Of a DNA stretch of 64,000 nucleotides, positions 23,373 to 35,562 are shown piece after piece. Where the stretch lies: the NCBI GenBank assembly GCA_052388435.1, contig JBQTIC010000047.1, forward strand, positions 36,027 to 100,026. Direction: 5' to 3'. This DNA comes from Chromatiales bacterium (GTDB lineage: Bacteria > Pseudomonadota > Gammaproteobacteria > JAJPIJ01). The notes beneath the pieces are model-generated. The model was not told the origin of the DNA. It ran no database searches and saw nothing but the letters and a program-made list of their open reading frames with translations. Within the stretch, counting starts at the first letter, position 1, and every line of letters starts with the position of its first letter. The translations under genes and the position numbers were made by a program.

Positions 23373-24253
23373 ACGTGGGGATCTCTGCATCGATGGTCAA
23401 GGAGCTGCGCGAGCGCTCCGGTGCCGGCATGATGGAATGCAAGAAGGCGCTGCTGGAGGCGCGTGGCAACATGGATGCCGCCTTCGACATCCTGCGTAAG
23501 GCCGGTGCCGCCAAGGCGGCGAAGAAGGCGGCACGGATCGCTGCCGAGGGCACCGTGATCCACCGGCGCTCAGGCGACCGCGCGGTGCTGGTCGAGGTGA
23601 ACAGTGAAACGGACTTCGTCGCCAAGGACGAGAATTTCCGCGGGTTCGCCGAGGCGGTCGCAGAGACCGTGCTCAAGAACAAGCCAGCCGATGTGGAGGC
23701 GCTGATGAACATGCCACTCATTGGTGGCAGCGGCGAGAATGTGGAGACCGCGCGTGCCCAGTTGGTAGCGAAGATCGGCGAGAACATCTCGGTGCGGCGT
23801 TTCACCGCCATGGAGACCACGGAAGGGGCCATCGGAAGTTATCTGCACGGCACGAAGATCGGCGTGCTGGTCGATTTGCACAACGGCGGAGCCGCGCTGG
23901 CGAAAGACATCGCGATGCACGTCGCGGCGAGCCGCCCGGTGTGCGTCTCGGAGGATCAGGTGCCGCCAGACATGGTCGCCAAGGAGAAGGAGATCTACAG
24001 GGCTCAGGCCGCGGGCAGCGGTAAGCCTCCCAACATCATCGAGAAGATGGTGGAAGGCAAACTGAAGAAGTTTTTGAGCGAGGTGACCCTTGTTGGCCAG
24101 CCGTTCGTCAAGGATCCGGAGACGACGGTCGGCAAGCTGCTCGGCAAGCACGGCGCCAGCGTTAAGTGCTTTGTGCGCATGGAAGTGGGCGAGGGCATAG
24201 AAAAGAAAACCGACAACTTCGCCGAGGAAGTCATGAAGCAAGCCCGTGGCTAG
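23369..24253 (+). CDS. tsf: elongation factor Ts
   Basis: [38 protein letters not shown]. Confidence 0.98.
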   Translation: MNVGISASMVKELRERSGAGMMECKKALLEARGNMDAAFDILRKAGAAKAAKKAARIAAEGTVIHRRSGDRAVLVEVNSETDFVAKDENFRGFAEAVAETVLKNKPADVEALMNMPLIGGSGENVETARAQLVAKIGENISVRRFTAMETTEGAIGSYLHGTKIGVLVDLHNGGAALAKDIAMHVAASRPVCVSEDQVPPDMVAKEKEIYRAQAAGSGKPPNIIEKMVEGKLKKFLSEVTLVGQPFVKDPETTVGKLLGKHGASVKCFVRMEVGEGIEKKTDNFAEEVMKQARG

Positions 24254-24265
24254 ACGCAGCCCGTC

Positions 24266-25009
24266 GTGAAGACCCCTCCCGATAAGACGCCGCGTTACCG
24301 TCGCGTGCTCATCAAGCTGAGCGGCGAGGCATTGCTGGGAGGGAACGAGTATGGCATCGACCCCGAGATGCTTCACCGCATCGCCGAGGAGGTCAAGCAG
24401 ATGGTCGCCGCCAGGGTCGAGGTCTCCATGGTCATCGGCGGCGGCAACATTGTCCGCGGAGCGGGTCTCGCCGCCGGTGGGATGGACCGTGTCACTGCCG
24501 ACCACATGGGGATGCTGGCGACCGTCATCAATGCGCTGGCCCTGCAGGATGCACTCGAGCGCAACGGGCTCTACGCCCGGGTCATGTCAGCGATCAAGAT
24601 CAACCAGATCTGCGAGGACTACATCCGCCGACGTGCCGTGCGTCATCTGGAGAAGGGGCGCGTGGTGGTCTTCGCGGCCGGCACCGGCAATCCCTTTTTT
24701 ACTACCGACTCCGCCGCCAGCTTGCGCGCCATCGAGATCAACGCCGACCTCCTGATCAAGGCGACCAAAGTGGACGGTGTCTTCGACGCAGACCCCGCGC
24801 GCAATCCAGCCGCGCGACGCTACGATTATCTGCACTACGATGATGTGCTGGAGCGCAAGCTCAGCGTGATGGATGCGACCGCCGTGGTATTATGCCGCGA
24901 CAACAACATGCCGCTGCGCGTGGTGGACATGACCAGGGCCGGCGCGATGCTGCGCGCCGTGATGGGCGAGACTGAAGGAACACTGGTCGACAGCGGCGGC
25001 AATGGTTAG
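24266..25009 (+). CDS. pyrH: UMP kinase
   Basis: [30 protein letters not shown]. Confidence 0.98.
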   Translation: MKTPPDKTPRYRRVLIKLSGEALLGGNEYGIDPEMLHRIAEEVKQMVAARVEVSMVIGGGNIVRGAGLAAGGMDRVTADHMGMLATVINALALQDALERNGLYARVMSAIKINQICEDYIRRRAVRHLEKGRVVVFAAGTGNPFFTTDSAASLRAIEINADLLIKATKVDGVFDADPARNPAARRYDYLHYDDVLERKLSVMDATAVVLCRDNNMPLRVVDMTRAGAMLRAVMGETEGTLVDSGGNG

Positions 25010-25232
25010 GAGTCGGTCAAACCTGTACGCGGGTTGCTGGCCGGAAACGGGAATGGTTGCCACCGGGTGCGCGCAGCGGCAAGCGCGGAAGCGGCAGCGA
25101 ATGCGCCGATGTCGCCATCGTTTCGCCGCCCAGGCGCGGTCCCGCACCCGTCGCTGCGCGAAACCGTGGACCGGTCAGTGCGTCGAAGATCGCCGCCGTC
25201 GCGCACGGCGGCTTGGCTCCGACAGAACTCCA
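25007..25232. mobile_element. degenerate MITE-like intergenic repeat (copy A)
   Basis: Internal blocks homologous to 32427-32611; eroded ends TAGGAGTCGGTC / GACAGAACTCCA. Confidence 0.55.
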
Positions 25233-25242
25233 GGGGGGGGCC

Positions 25243-25800
25243 GTGATTGATGAGGTGATCCGCGACGCTGACAAGCGCATGAACAAGGCCCTCGACGCGC
25301 TCAAGCAGGAATTCGGGCGGCTGCGCACCGGTCGAGCGAACGCCAACCTGCTTGACCATATCCATGTGGACTACTACGGCACTCGCGTGCCCTTGAGCCA
25401 GGTCGCCAACATCGCGGTACAGGACGCTCGCACGCTGAGCGTCACGCCATGGGACAAGAACATGGTGTCGCCGATCGGAAAGGCGATACTCGAGTCGGAC
25501 CTCGGCCTGAACCCAGTTACGGCAGGAACGGTGATACGCATTCCCTTGCCGCCGCTGACGGAGGAGCGCCGCAAGGAGCTCACCAAGGTGGTCCGGCACG
25601 AGGCCGAGAACGCGCGCGTGGCGATCCGAAATGTCCGGCGCGATGCGATCCAGCATCTGAAGGACCTGATGAAGGACAGGAAGATCGGTGAGGACGAGGA
25701 GCGGCGCGCACAGGACAAGGTGCAGAAGCTCACTGACGACCACATCGCCAAGGCGGAGGACATGATGGCGAAGAAGGAAAAGGAGATCATGGAAGTCTGA
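25243..25800 (+). CDS. frr: ribosome recycling factor
   Basis: [39 protein letters not shown]; GTG start. Confidence 0.97.
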   Translation: MIDEVIRDADKRMNKALDALKQEFGRLRTGRANANLLDHIHVDYYGTRVPLSQVANIAVQDARTLSVTPWDKNMVSPIGKAILESDLGLNPVTAGTVIRIPLPPLTEERRKELTKVVRHEAENARVAIRNVRRDAIQHLKDLMKDRKIGEDEERRAQDKVQKLTDDHIAKAEDMMAKKEKEIMEV

Positions 25801-25869
25801 GGCTTGCTCCGATCTGCCCCCGCGTCCGCGTCGCCTGCAGCCATCCCTCCTTTGGAAGGTTTCTACCCC

Positions 25870-26616
25870 GTGAGTCAAGACAATTCCATTCCCCGCCACG
25901 TCGCCATCATCATGGACGGCAACGGCCGGTGGGCGAAGCGGCGAGGGCTCCCGCGCATCGCCGGCCATCGCGCGGGCGTCGAGGCGGTACGTGCCATCGT
26001 CAAGGCGTGTTCTACGAAGGGCATCGAGGTGCTTACCCTGTTTGCCTTCAGCAGCGAAAACTGGCGGCGCCCGAAGGCTGAAGTGCGCCTGCTGATGGAA
26101 CTCTTTCTCACGGCGCTGCAGCAGGAGATCCGCCGCATGCACGAGAATGCCGTACGGCTCAGGGTCATCGGCGAACGCGGCGCGTTTCCGGCAAAGCTGC
26201 AGCGATGCATCGCCGAAGCGGAGGCCGTGACCCACGCGAATACCGGGCTGACACTGGTGGTGGCGGCGAACTATGGAGGCCATTGGGACATTGCCCAGGC
26301 AACGCGGGCACTGGCGCGCAAGGTCGCCACCGGCGCGCTGCTGCCGGAGACTATCACGCCTGAGCATCTTCGGGCGGGGCTTTGCCTCAGCGACCTGCCG
26401 GAGCCAGATCTGTTCATACGCTCCGGCGGCGAACAGCGCATCAGCAACTTCCTGCTCTGGCAGCTCGCTTACACAGAGCTGTATTTCACTGATTGCCTTT
26501 GGCCTGACTTCGATCTGCAGCAGTTCGAGACTGCGCTGGCAAGCTACGCCCTGCGCGAGCGGCGCTTCGGCCGCACCGGCGAGCAGATCGGGGCGCTCTC
26601 TGCGGTGGGCACGTGA
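25870..26616 (+). CDS. uppS: undecaprenyl diphosphate synthase
   Basis: PRHVAIIMDGNGRWA, FSSENW, RISNFLLWQ, RERRFG. Confidence 0.97.
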   Translation: MSQDNSIPRHVAIIMDGNGRWAKRRGLPRIAGHRAGVEAVRAIVKACSTKGIEVLTLFAFSSENWRRPKAEVRLLMELFLTALQQEIRRMHENAVRLRVIGERGAFPAKLQRCIAEAEAVTHANTGLTLVVAANYGGHWDIAQATRALARKVATGALLPETITPEHLRAGLCLSDLPEPDLFIRSGGEQRISNFLLWQLAYTELYFTDCLWPDFDLQQFETALASYALRERRFGRTGEQIGALSAVGT

Positions 26617-26659
26617 GCGCCATGAGCCTCTGTGGTAGGTCGGCACCCGCCGCGGCCCC

Positions 26660-27529
26660 ATGCTAAGGGTGGGCGTGGAACTGGCGGTGAGCAGCTTTCA
26701 CGTTCCGCGCGATCCCGCCGAACTGTCGGTGCGTGTACTGACTGCAGCCGCGCTTATCACGGGAGTGCTGTCCGGGCTCTGGTGGCTGCCCGTGAACGCG
26801 TTGGCGGCGTTGTTGGGAGTGATTGCGCTACTCGGAGCCTGGGAGTGGACGGCGATGGCCGGATGCAAGCCCCGCTCTCTCCGTTATGTCTATGTCGCGG
26901 CGACGTCGCTGGCGATGGCCGTGCTTTATTACTTCCTGGACCGAGAGTCGGTTCAGACCGCGGTATGGTGGGTGGGAGCTGCCTGGTGGGTGATGGCGGC
27001 ATGGCTGGTGGTCCGCTACCAGACTGGCGGGCCCGACCCGCAGCACGGGCAGGCGGGGAAGCTGGCGGCCGGTTGGCTCATCCTGCTTCCGGCTTGGGCG
27101 GCGCTGGTCGTGCTGGCCGGGAACGGCCCATGGGAGGCGGTGGTGCTCATGCTGCTAGTCTGGATTGCCGACAGTGCTGCGTATCTCTATGGCAGGCGCT
27201 TCGGACGGCATCGGCTCGCTAGCCGGGTCAGTCCCGGTAAGAGCTGGGAGGGCTTCATCGCAGCGCTTCTGACCGCCGCCGTTGTGGCCTTCGTCGTTGC
27301 CGGATCGACCGGGAGTGCCCGGCTGGCCTTCGTGGCGTTGGGGATGGTTACGGTCCTGTTCTCTGTGATTGGGGATCTCGCCGAGAGTCTCTACAAGCGC
27401 CTGGCTGGAATGAAGGACAGCGGATCGATGCTGCCTGGTCATGGCGGCGTGCTGGATCGCATCGACAGTCTTACGGCGGCGGCGCCAGTCTTTGCGCTCG
27501 GGATGGCCTGGCTGGAGGGCACCTCGTGA
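26660..27529 (+). CDS. cdsA: phosphatidate cytidylyltransferase
   Basis: [35 protein letters not shown]; start uncertain. Confidence 0.95.
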   Translation: MLRVGVELAVSSFHVPRDPAELSVRVLTAAALITGVLSGLWWLPVNALAALLGVIALLGAWEWTAMAGCKPRSLRYVYVAATSLAMAVLYYFLDRESVQTAVWWVGAAWWVMAAWLVVRYQTGGPDPQHGQAGKLAAGWLILLPAWAALVVLAGNGPWEAVVLMLLVWIADSAAYLYGRRFGRHRLASRVSPGKSWEGFIAALLTAAVVAFVVAGSTGSARLAFVALGMVTVLFSVIGDLAESLYKRLAGMKDSGSMLPGHGGVLDRIDSLTAAAPVFALGMAWLEGTS

Positions 27530-28707
27530 TCGGCGTCACTGTCCTAGGCTCCACCGGCAGTATCGGTGTCAACACGCTCGATGTTATTGCGCGGCACCGC
27601 GACCGCTACGAGGTGGTTGCCCTGACCGGCAACCGCAATGTGGAGGCAATGTGGAACCAATGCCGGCAGTGGTCGCCGCGTTACGCAGTGATGGCTGACC
27701 CTGACAGCGCGCGCGAGTTGCTGCGGCGGTGCCGCGACGATGGGCTCAAGACGGCGGTGATGGAAGGTGTGGCGGGGCTTGAGACTGTTGCTGCGCTGCC
27801 CGAGACGCGTTGCGTGATGGCCGCCATCGTCGGCGCTTCGGGTCTGCTCCCCACGCTGGCAGCCGCCCGCGCCGGGAAGCGCGTCCTGCTGGCGAACAAA
27901 GAGTCGCTGGTGATGTCGGGCCGGCTGTTCATGGAGGCGGTGCGCGACCACGGCGCCGAACTGCTACCGATCGACAGCGAGCATAACGCCGTCTTCCAGT
28001 GCATGCCGATGGGATTCGAACGCGGGCTCGACGAGATGGGGGTGCGGCGTATCGTCCTGACGGCCTCCGGCGGACCTTTTCGCAAAACGCCGCAGCGGGA
28101 ACTTGCTTCGGTGACGCCGGAGCAAGCTTGTGCACATCCCAACTGGGTGATGGGACGAAAGATTTCGGTGGATTCTGCGACCATGATGAACAAGGGGCTC
28201 GAGGTGATCGAGGCCTGCTGGCTGTTCAACACCACCCAGGAAAAGGTAGACGTGGTTCTGCATCCGCAGAGCGTCATTCACTCGCTGGTTGAATACGCGG
28301 ACGGCTCGGTGCTGGCACAGCTCGGTAATCCCGACATGCGCACGCCTATCGCGCATGGGCTCGCCTGGCCTGGGCGCATCGAATCCGGCGTACGGAGCCT
28401 GGATCTTTTTGCCACGGCAACGCTTGAGTTCGAGCCGCCCGACGAGGTGCGGTTCCCGTGTCTGCGGCTGGCGCGAGCCGCCATGCGCAGCGGCGGGACC
28501 GCGACGGCCATACTCAATGCCGCCAACGAGGTGGCAGTAGCAGCCTTCCTCGAAGGTCGAGTCAAGTTTCTCGAGATCCCGGCGCTGATCGAAGCGACGC
28601 TGGAGGGCGTGGCGGCGGGTCCTGCGGACGGCCTCGAAACAATATTGGCCGCCGACGAAGCCGCGCGCCGCCACGTGCGCCAGCGCCTGGAGCGAATGGC
28701 AGCATGA
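27526..28707 (+). CDS. dxr: 1-deoxy-D-xylulose-5-phosphate reductoisomerase
   Basis: [44 protein letters not shown]. Confidence 0.98.
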   Translation: MIGVTVLGSTGSIGVNTLDVIARHRDRYEVVALTGNRNVEAMWNQCRQWSPRYAVMADPDSARELLRRCRDDGLKTAVMEGVAGLETVAALPETRCVMAAIVGASGLLPTLAAARAGKRVLLANKESLVMSGRLFMEAVRDHGAELLPIDSEHNAVFQCMPMGFERGLDEMGVRRIVLTASGGPFRKTPQRELASVTPEQACAHPNWVMGRKISVDSATMMNKGLEVIEACWLFNTTQEKVDVVLHPQSVIHSLVEYADGSVLAQLGNPDMRTPIAHGLAWPGRIESGVRSLDLFATATLEFEPPDEVRFPCLRLARAAMRSGGTATAILNAANEVAVAAFLEGRVKFLEIPALIEATLEGVAAGPADGLETILAADEAARRHVRQRLERMAA

Positions 28708-30077
28708 TGAGTCTCCTCTACGCGATCCTCGCCTTCATCGTCGCCGTTGGCGTGCTCATCACGGTGCATGAGTTCGGCCACTTCTGGGTGGCCAGGCGAG
28801 TCGGTGTCAAGATCTTACGCTTTTCCATCGGGTTCGGCCGGCCGCTGTGGTTGCGCCGCATCGGCCCTGATCGGACGGAGTTTGTTTTCGCGGCGCTGCC
28901 GCTCGGCGGCTATGTCAAGATGCTCGATGAGCGTGAAGGTGAAGTGGCGCGCGAGGAGGCCCACCGCGCGTTCAACCGCCAGGTGTTGTGGAAGCGAACA
29001 GCAGTCGTGCTGGCGGGACCACTCGCAAACTTCTTTTTCGCCATCATCGCCTACGCCGTAACCTTTATGCTCGGTGTGGAGGGGGTAAGGCCGATCATCG
29101 GTGAAGTGCAGCCTGGCTCGGTTGCCGAGCAAGCCGGGCTGAGGAAAGGGCAGGAGATCATTGCCGTCGGCGATGAGCCGACACCGTCGTGGGGAAACTT
29201 TGCCGAGCGGAGCTTCCGCTATCTCATCGACGACCGGCCGCTGCCGCTGCGGGTGCGTAATCCCGATGGCTCCCAGCGGGAGGTGCAGCTACCCATCGGG
29301 GCTGGGGCGCTCGACGAGTTCACGCAGGGCAAGCTGTTCCGAAGGCTGGGCTTCTCCGAGTATACGCCCAGCTACACGCCGCTGATTAATCGTGTGCTGC
29401 CGGGCGGGGCTGCCGAACGCGCCGGACTTAAGGCTGGTGATGAACTGCTCGCAGTCGACGGGCGTCAGGTTCAGCATGGCAACGAGTTCATTGATTACAT
29501 CGAGAATCATCCCCGCCAGCGTGTCATGCTCGAGTTGCGGCGCGGCGGTGAAACCATCACGGTCGGCATTGTTCCGGACGGGGAGGAGTCCGAGGACGGA
29601 ACGGTGGGCCGCATACGGGCCGAACTGACAGTACCCGAGCAGGTGCGTGAAGAGGCGCGCAGCCTCCTTGCCGTGGAACGATACGGGCCCGTGACAGCTT
29701 TCTCCAAGAGTATTGGCAAGACCGTCGAGACCTCCGTGCTGACCCTGCGGCTGATGGGCAAGATGATCCTCCGCGAAGCGTCGATGGAGAACATCAGCGG
29801 CCCGATCAGCATCGCCAAGTATGCCGGTCAATCGGCGGAACTGGGACCCTCGGCGTTCTGCACGTTCCTCGCCATCGTCAGCGTCAGTCTCTTCGTGCTG
29901 AACATGTTGCCGATCCCGCTACTAGATGGTGGTCACCTAATGTATTACCTTATAGAGTTTCTGACGCGTCGGCCGGTGTCGGAAGCCGTCCAGACCGTCG
30001 GGCAGCAGGTGGGATTTGTGCTGCTGCTGACCCTGATCGGATTGGCGTTCTACAACGACTTGACGAGGATCCTGTGA
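28704..30077 (+). CDS. rseP: RIP metalloprotease RseP
   Basis: [13 protein letters not shown], two PDZ domains, [12 protein letters not shown]. Confidence 0.97.
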   Translation: MMSLLYAILAFIVAVGVLITVHEFGHFWVARRVGVKILRFSIGFGRPLWLRRIGPDRTEFVFAALPLGGYVKMLDEREGEVAREEAHRAFNRQVLWKRTAVVLAGPLANFFFAIIAYAVTFMLGVEGVRPIIGEVQPGSVAEQAGLRKGQEIIAVGDEPTPSWGNFAERSFRYLIDDRPLPLRVRNPDGSQREVQLPIGAGALDEFTQGKLFRRLGFSEYTPSYTPLINRVLPGGAAERAGLKAGDELLAVDGRQVQHGNEFIDYIENHPRQRVMLELRRGGETITVGIVPDGEESEDGTVGRIRAELTVPEQVREEARSLLAVERYGPVTAFSKSIGKTVETSVLTLRLMGKMILREASMENISGPISIAKYAGQSAELGPSAFCTFLAIVSVSLFVLNMLPIPLLDGGHLMYYLIEFLTRRPVSEAVQTVGQQVGFVLLLTLIGLAFYNDLTRIL

Positions 30078-32428
30078 GGAGCGCAACGAGGAAGAAAAAC
30101 AACAGCAGCGAACGGATACCCTGGCGGCAGTCGAAATCTAGAAACAGCGTTAACAAAACACTATACGTAGCTCTTTTCGCCCTACTCAGCGTCGCTGTGC
30201 ATGCAGTGGAGCCGTTTGTCGTCAAGGACATTCGGCTGCAGGGTCTGTCGCGGATCTCGCCGGGCACCGTATTCAACTACCTGCCCGTAAAGGTTGGCGA
30301 CGCCTTTGATGAGCGGCGCTCCGCCGATGCCATCAAGGCGTTGTTCAAGACCGGGCTGTTTGAGGACGTGAGGCTGGAACGCGACGGCGACGTGCTGGTG
30401 GTCGTCGTCAGGGAACGCGAGGCGATATCTCAGATCACCTACAGCGGCAACGACAGTATCAGCACCGAGGAGCTGCAGAAGGCCCTAAAGCAGATCGGCT
30501 TCGCCGAAGGCGAAGTCTATGACAAGTCCAAGCTGGACAAGGTTACCCAGGAGCTGAAGCGCCAGTACTTCGCGCAGGGCAAATACGGTGTCCGCGTCGA
30601 CACCGGAGTGACCAGCCTGGAAGGCAACCGGGTCGCCATCGCGATCAATATCTCCGAGGGCAAGACTGCCCGCATCCGCGAGATCAATATCGTCGGTAAT
30701 AAGGCGTTCGAGGACGAGGAACTGCTCGATGAGTTCAAGCTGAGCACGCCGACCATGTTCTCGTTTTTCACCCGCAGCGACCAGTACTCCAAGCAGAAGC
30801 TCGCCGCGGATCTGGAAACCCTGCGCTCATTCTATCTCGATCGCGGCTATGTCAATTTCAACGTCGACTCCACGCAGGTGTCAATCACACCCGACAAGAG
30901 CGACGTCTACGTGACTGTTAACATCTCCGAGGGGGACGTATTCACCGTTGCGGACGTGAAGCTGGCCGGTGAACTCATAGTGCCCCAGGAGGATCTTTTC
31001 AAGGCGGTGACCCTGCGCAAGGGCATGATCTTTTCGCGCAAGCTCGTCACCGAGAGCAGCAAGAACATCACCGATCGCCTCGGCGACGACGGCTATGCGT
31101 TTGCCAATGTCAACGCGGTGCCCGACGTCAAAAACGAGCAGAAGACGGTCGCGATCAGCTACTTCATCGATCCGGGCAAGCGCACCTATGTCCGGCGAAT
31201 CAATTTCTTCGGCAATACGCGCACGCGTGACGAGGTCCTGCGGCGAGAGATGCGGCAGCTCGAAGGCGCCTGGATCTCTACCAGCAAGATCGAACGCTCC
31301 AAGGTGAGGCTGCAGCGCCTCGGCTACTTCAGCGAGGTCAACGTCGAGACCCCGGCGGCGCCAGGCACGACCGATCAGGTGGACGTCAACTTCACGGTGG
31401 TGGAACGGCCTTCTGGGAACCTGCTGCTCGGTCTCGGCTTCTCGCAGTCGCAGGGCATCATCTTCAACAGCCAGGTCACTCAGGACAACTTCCTGGGCTC
31501 CGGCAAGCGCGTTGATTTCGCTTTCAACAACAGCGAGGTCAACCGCACCTACCGCCTCGGCTACCTCAATCCGTACTGGACGGTGGACGGCGTGAGCCGC
31601 GGCTTCAGTGTTGGCTACCGGGAGACAGACGCGGCCGACGCCAACATCACCCGCTTCAATGCTACCGTGCTGAGTGGTGGAGTAGAGTTTGGCATTCCTC
31701 TCACCGAGTTTAACAGCCTTGATGCGGGTTTTAACTACGAGCGCACGCAGCTCGAACTGGGCACCGGCGTGTCACAGCAGATAAGCGACTTCGTCGCCCG
31801 TGAAGGAGACGACTTCAACACATTCCGGTTGAGTAGCGGGTTTGCGTACGACACGCGCAACAAGGCGATTCTCCCTGATCGCGGTACCCTGCACCGGATC
31901 CGTGGCGAGCTGGCGGTGCCGGGCGGAGACCTGCAGTACTACAAGCTCGACTACGACGCGCGCTGGTTTTATCCGGTCACGAAAAAGTACACGCTGGCGC
32001 TCAAAGGGAGGGTGGGTTATGGCGACAGCTATGGGGATACCCAGGAGCTGCCGTTCTTCGAGAACTTCTATGCAGGCGGCCCGCGCTCGGTGCGCGGCTA
32101 CGAGGACAACACCCTCGGTCCCAGGGATAGCAACAACAGAGCCCTTGGCGGCAATTTTCTGGTCGTGGGTAACGCCGAGGTGATTCTGCCGGTCCCATTC
32201 CTGGCCGATATCGAGTCGGTGCGGATCTCCGGCTTCGTCGACATGGGCAATGTCTATGATCTGAACAGGGGTGATTTCGAGCCGGGCGAGCTGCGCTACG
32301 CAGCGGGACTGGCGGGCATCTGGCTGTCGCCGTTCGGTGTGTTGACAATCAGCGTCGCCGAGCCCTTCAATACCGGGAGCGACGACGATATCCAGCCGTT
32401 CCAGTTCACTTTCGGCACCACTTTCTAG
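30074..32428 (+). CDS. bamA: outer membrane protein assembly factor BamA
   Basis: POTRA repeats, [13 protein letters not shown]-terminal FQFTFGTTF; start uncertain. Confidence 0.97.
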   Translation: MRSATRKKNNSSERIPWRQSKSRNSVNKTLYVALFALLSVAVHAVEPFVVKDIRLQGLSRISPGTVFNYLPVKVGDAFDERRSADAIKALFKTGLFEDVRLERDGDVLVVVVREREAISQITYSGNDSISTEELQKALKQIGFAEGEVYDKSKLDKVTQELKRQYFAQGKYGVRVDTGVTSLEGNRVAIAINISEGKTARIREINIVGNKAFEDEELLDEFKLSTPTMFSFFTRSDQYSKQKLAADLETLRSFYLDRGYVNFNVDSTQVSITPDKSDVYVTVNISEGDVFTVADVKLAGELIVPQEDLFKAVTLRKGMIFSRKLVTESSKNITDRLGDDGYAFANVNAVPDVKNEQKTVAISYFIDPGKRTYVRRINFFGNTRTRDEVLRREMRQLEGAWISTSKIERSKVRLQRLGYFSEVNVETPAAPGTTDQVDVNFTVVERPSGNLLLGLGFSQSQGIIFNSQVTQDNFLGSGKRVDFAFNNSEVNRTYRLGYLNPYWTVDGVSRGFSVGYRETDAADANITRFNATVLSGGVEFGIPLTEFNSLDAGFNYERTQLELGTGVSQQISDFVAREGDDFNTFRLSSGFAYDTRNKAILPDRGTLHRIRGELAVPGGDLQYYKLDYDARWFYPVTKKYTLALKGRVGYGDSYGDTQELPFFENFYAGGPRSVRGYEDNTLGPRDSNNRALGGNFLVVGNAEVILPVPFLADIESVRISGFVDMGNVYDLNRGDFEPGELRYAAGLAGIWLSPFGVLTISVAEPFNTGSDDDIQPFQFTFGTTF

Positions 32429-32611
32429 AGCTTGTCTCATAGATGCTCGCGTGATGGGTTGCTGGCCAGAAAGACACAGGCGCCGTGCCCCCCGGTGCGC
32501 GTATGCCTCCAGTGCGGGAGCAGCGGCCGATGCACCGACATCGCCATCGCCCGTTCCGGCGCATCGAAAATAGCACACCGTCGCACACTGACCGCCTATG
32601 AGATAGGCTCT
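32427..32611. mobile_element. MITE-like element with 16-bp terminal inverted repeats (copy B)
   Basis: AGAGCTTGTCTCATAG (32427-32442) vs CTATGAGATAGGCTCT (32596-32611), 14/16 match; interior related to 25007-25232. Confidence 0.65.
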
Positions 32612-32673
32612 CGTCGGCACGTTGAGCAGAGGTGCCGCATCGCCTGGAAAAGCAATCATTTGGAGTTACGACT

Positions 32674-33198
32674 TTGAAGATGATGAGACGAACAGCAACT
32701 GCAGTCATTTTGGCCGCCTCGATGGTGCCCGGCATCGCCGCCGCGGAGCTCAAGATCGGGGTGGTTAATGCCATCAAGATACTCGAGGGTGCGCCGCAGG
32801 CGGAGGCCGCGCGCAAGCAGCTGGAAAAGGAGTTCGCGACCCGTGATCGTGACCTGGTTGCCCGCCAGCGGCAGATCAAGGAATCGGAGGACACCCTTGC
32901 CCGCGACGGTCCGACCATGAGCGAGACCGATGCGCGCAAGCTGGAACGCGACATCGTTGCCAAGCGCCGTGATCTCAAACGCGATCAGGACGAATTCCGC
33001 GAAGATGTCAACCTGCGGCGCAACGAGGAGTTCGGCAAGATCCAGAGGGAGATCATCGAGTCGATCCAGGCGGTGGCCAAGGCTCAGGGCTTCGATCTCG
33101 TGCTTGGAGAAGGTGTCATCTACGCCAACGACAAGGTCGACATTACCAATGCCGTCCTCGACAAGCTCAGAAAATCCGGTGGAGCCGTAACACAGTAA
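32674..33198 (+). CDS. skp: periplasmic chaperone Skp/OmpH
   Basis: Signal peptide, LKIGVVN, LEKEF, coiled coil, FDLVL..DIT; position bamA-skp-lpxD. Confidence 0.92.
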   Translation: MKMMRRTATAVILAASMVPGIAAAELKIGVVNAIKILEGAPQAEAARKQLEKEFATRDRDLVARQRQIKESEDTLARDGPTMSETDARKLERDIVAKRRDLKRDQDEFREDVNLRRNEEFGKIQREIIESIQAVAKAQGFDLVLGEGVIYANDKVDITNAVLDKLRKSGGAVTQ

Positions 33199-33243
33199 CG
33201 CCCGCCTCGGCGTTCTTCTGAGTCTCACGCAACAACAGATCCT

Positions 33244-34248
33244 ATGGGCGCGACACTGAGGGAGCTGGCAGCATGCACAGGGGCGGAGCTGCGCGGTGAT
33301 CCCGACATAGAAATCCAAGGGGTCGCTACGCTAGACCAGGCCAGATCCGGCGATCTCGCATTTTTGTACAACCGTCGATACCGGAAGTTTCTGAAGGTGA
33401 CAGCGGCCTCGGCGGTGGTGCTGAGCGCGGCCGATGCCCATGACTGTCCGGTCGCGGCCTTGGTGATGGAGAACCCATACCTCGGTTATGCACGGGCGGC
33501 GACCCTGCTGGCGCCACGGTTCGTTCCACCGGGTGGTGTACATACTACGGCGGTGGTGGAGCCGCAGGCGCGCGTGGACCGCACGGCGAGCATAGGTCCC
33601 GGGGCGGTCATCGAGGCGGGTGCGCAGATAGGTAGCCACGTGGTGATAGGTTCCGGATGCGTCATCGGACGGAATGCCTGCATCGGCGACCACACGCTGC
33701 TTAACCGCAATGTGACCATTTACGAAGGCGTGAGGATCGGCCGGCGCTGCATCGTGCACGCGGGGGCGGTCATCGGGTCGGATGGCTTCGGCTACGCCCG
33801 TGATGGTTCGTGCTGGGTAAAGATCCCGCAGGTGGGTGGCGTTTATGTCGGCGACGACGTGGAGATCGGCGCGAATACCACTATAGACCGAGGCGCTCTC
33901 AAGGACACAGTTATCGAGGAGGGAGTAAAGATCGACAACCTGGTTCAGATTGGCCACAACGTGCGTATCGGCGCGCAGACGGCCATCGCGGGCTGCACCG
34001 GCATCGCTGGCAGCGCCACCATCGGCCGCCGCTGCCTCATCGGCGGGGCGGTGGGCATTGCCGGGCACATCGAGATCTGCGACGACGTTACCATCACTGC
34101 GAAGAGCGGTGTACACCGTTCGATATCCAGCCCCGGCGTCTATTCCTCCGGCTGGCCGGTCCAGGATAACCGCACCTGGCACCGCTACCTCGCCGCGCTC
34201 GCCAGGCTGGCGCGCGGACGCGATAACTCTTCAGGCACGGGCGATTAG
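33244..34248 (+). CDS. lpxD: UDP-3-O-acylglucosamine N-acyltransferase
   Basis: Hexapeptide repeats, [24 protein letters not shown]. Confidence 0.97.
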   Translation: MGATLRELAACTGAELRGDPDIEIQGVATLDQARSGDLAFLYNRRYRKFLKVTAASAVVLSAADAHDCPVAALVMENPYLGYARAATLLAPRFVPPGGVHTTAVVEPQARVDRTASIGPGAVIEAGAQIGSHVVIGSGCVIGRNACIGDHTLLNRNVTIYEGVRIGRRCIVHAGAVIGSDGFGYARDGSCWVKIPQVGGVYVGDDVEIGANTTIDRGALKDTVIEEGVKIDNLVQIGHNVRIGAQTAIAGCTGIAGSATIGRRCLIGGAVGIAGHIEICDDVTITAKSGVHRSISSPGVYSSGWPVQDNRTWHRYLAALARLARGRDNSSGTGD

Positions 34249-34253
34249 GGGTT

Positions 34254-34742
34254 ATGGCGGAATCCGCAGCGCTGAATCCCGAGAAGGTGCAGATGGACAT
34301 ACACAAGATCCTGCACCTGCTGCCGCATCGCTACCCGTTCCTGCTCGTCGACAAGGTGCTGGAATGCGTAGCCAACGACCGTATCCAGGCGCTGAAGAAC
34401 GTAAGCATCAATGAGCCGTTCTTCTCCGGGCACTTCCCGTACCGCCCGATCATGCCCGGGGTGTTGATTCTGGAGGCGATGGCGCAGGCGACGGGCCTGC
34501 TTGCCTTCTACTCGCTGGGTGAGAATGCCGAAGACGGCACCATGTACTATCTGGTCGGCGTGGACAGGGCACGCTTCAAGCGGCCTGTGGAAGCGGGCGA
34601 TCAGCTGCTCATGGACATCAAGCTGACCCGGGAGATCCGCGGCATTTACCGCTTCGCGGGCGTGGCGACCGTCGAAGGCCGAGTGGTGGCGACAGCGGAG
34701 TTTATGACGACCAAGACGCGGATCGAGGCGCCCGCGGGCTGA
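34254..34742 (+). CDS. fabZ: 3-hydroxyacyl-ACP dehydratase
   Basis: [29 protein letters not shown]. Confidence 0.97.
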   Translation: MAESAALNPEKVQMDIHKILHLLPHRYPFLLVDKVLECVANDRIQALKNVSINEPFFSGHFPYRPIMPGVLILEAMAQATGLLAFYSLGENAEDGTMYYLVGVDRARFKRPVEAGDQLLMDIKLTREIRGIYRFAGVATVEGRVVATAEFMTTKTRIEAPAG

Positions 34743-34773
34743 ACAGCAACGTTCAGCCGGGAGCGGGGGGCAG

Positions 34774-35544
34774 GTGATCGATGCGAGGGCGATGGTGTCG
34801 GGCGAGGCGAGTATCGCCCCCGACGTGCGCGTCGGTCCGTGGAGCATCATCGAGGGGGAAGTCGAGATCGGCGCTGGCAGCTACATCGGCCCGCACGTCA
34901 TCATCCGCGGCCCGACACGAATCGGCTGCGACAATCGCATCCATCCCTTTTGCGTGATTGGCGGCGATCCCCAGGACAAGAAGTATGGCGGCGAGCCGAC
35001 GCGCCTTGAGATAGGTGACGGCAACACGCTGCGCGAACACTGCACCGTCAACCGGGGCACCGTGCAGGGTGAGGGCGTCACACGCATGGGCAATCGCAAC
35101 TGGATCATGGCAAATGTCCACATCGCCCATGACTGCCATGTCGGTAGCCACACCGTCTTTGCCAACAACTGCGCGCTCGCCGGCCACGTCACAATAGAAG
35201 ATCATGTCATTCTGGGAGGCTATGCGGGTGTGCACCAGTTCTGCAGGGTCGGGGCATACAGCTTTGCGGCAATCGCCAGCGTAATCGTCAAGGACGTACC
35301 GCCCTACATGATGGTCGCGGGCAACACCGCGACCACGCACGGGCTTAACCGTGAGGGCCTGAAGCGGCACGGTTTCAACGCGGATGCCATCAATGCCCTG
35401 CGCCGCGCCTACAAGATCCTCTATCGGCAGAACCTGACCCTCGCGGATGCCCTGCTCGATCTTGAGGAACTGGCCGCAGAGTCTCCGGAGGTCAGGCGAC
35501 TCGTCGACTTCGTGACAGCCTCCGAGCGCGGCATCGTCCGCTGA
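34774..35544 (+). CDS. lpxA: UDP-GlcNAc O-acyltransferase
   Basis: PQDKKY, HIAHDC, LAGHV, VHQFCRVG, GLKRHGF. Confidence 0.97.
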   Translation: MIDARAMVSGEASIAPDVRVGPWSIIEGEVEIGAGSYIGPHVIIRGPTRIGCDNRIHPFCVIGGDPQDKKYGGEPTRLEIGDGNTLREHCTVNRGTVQGEGVTRMGNRNWIMANVHIAHDCHVGSHTVFANNCALAGHVTIEDHVILGGYAGVHQFCRVGAYSFAAIASVIVKDVPPYMMVAGNTATTHGLNREGLKRHGFNADAINALRRAYKILYRQNLTLADALLDLEELAAESPEVRRLVDFVTASERGIVR

Positions 35545-35562
35545 ACGATGTAACGCCACACG

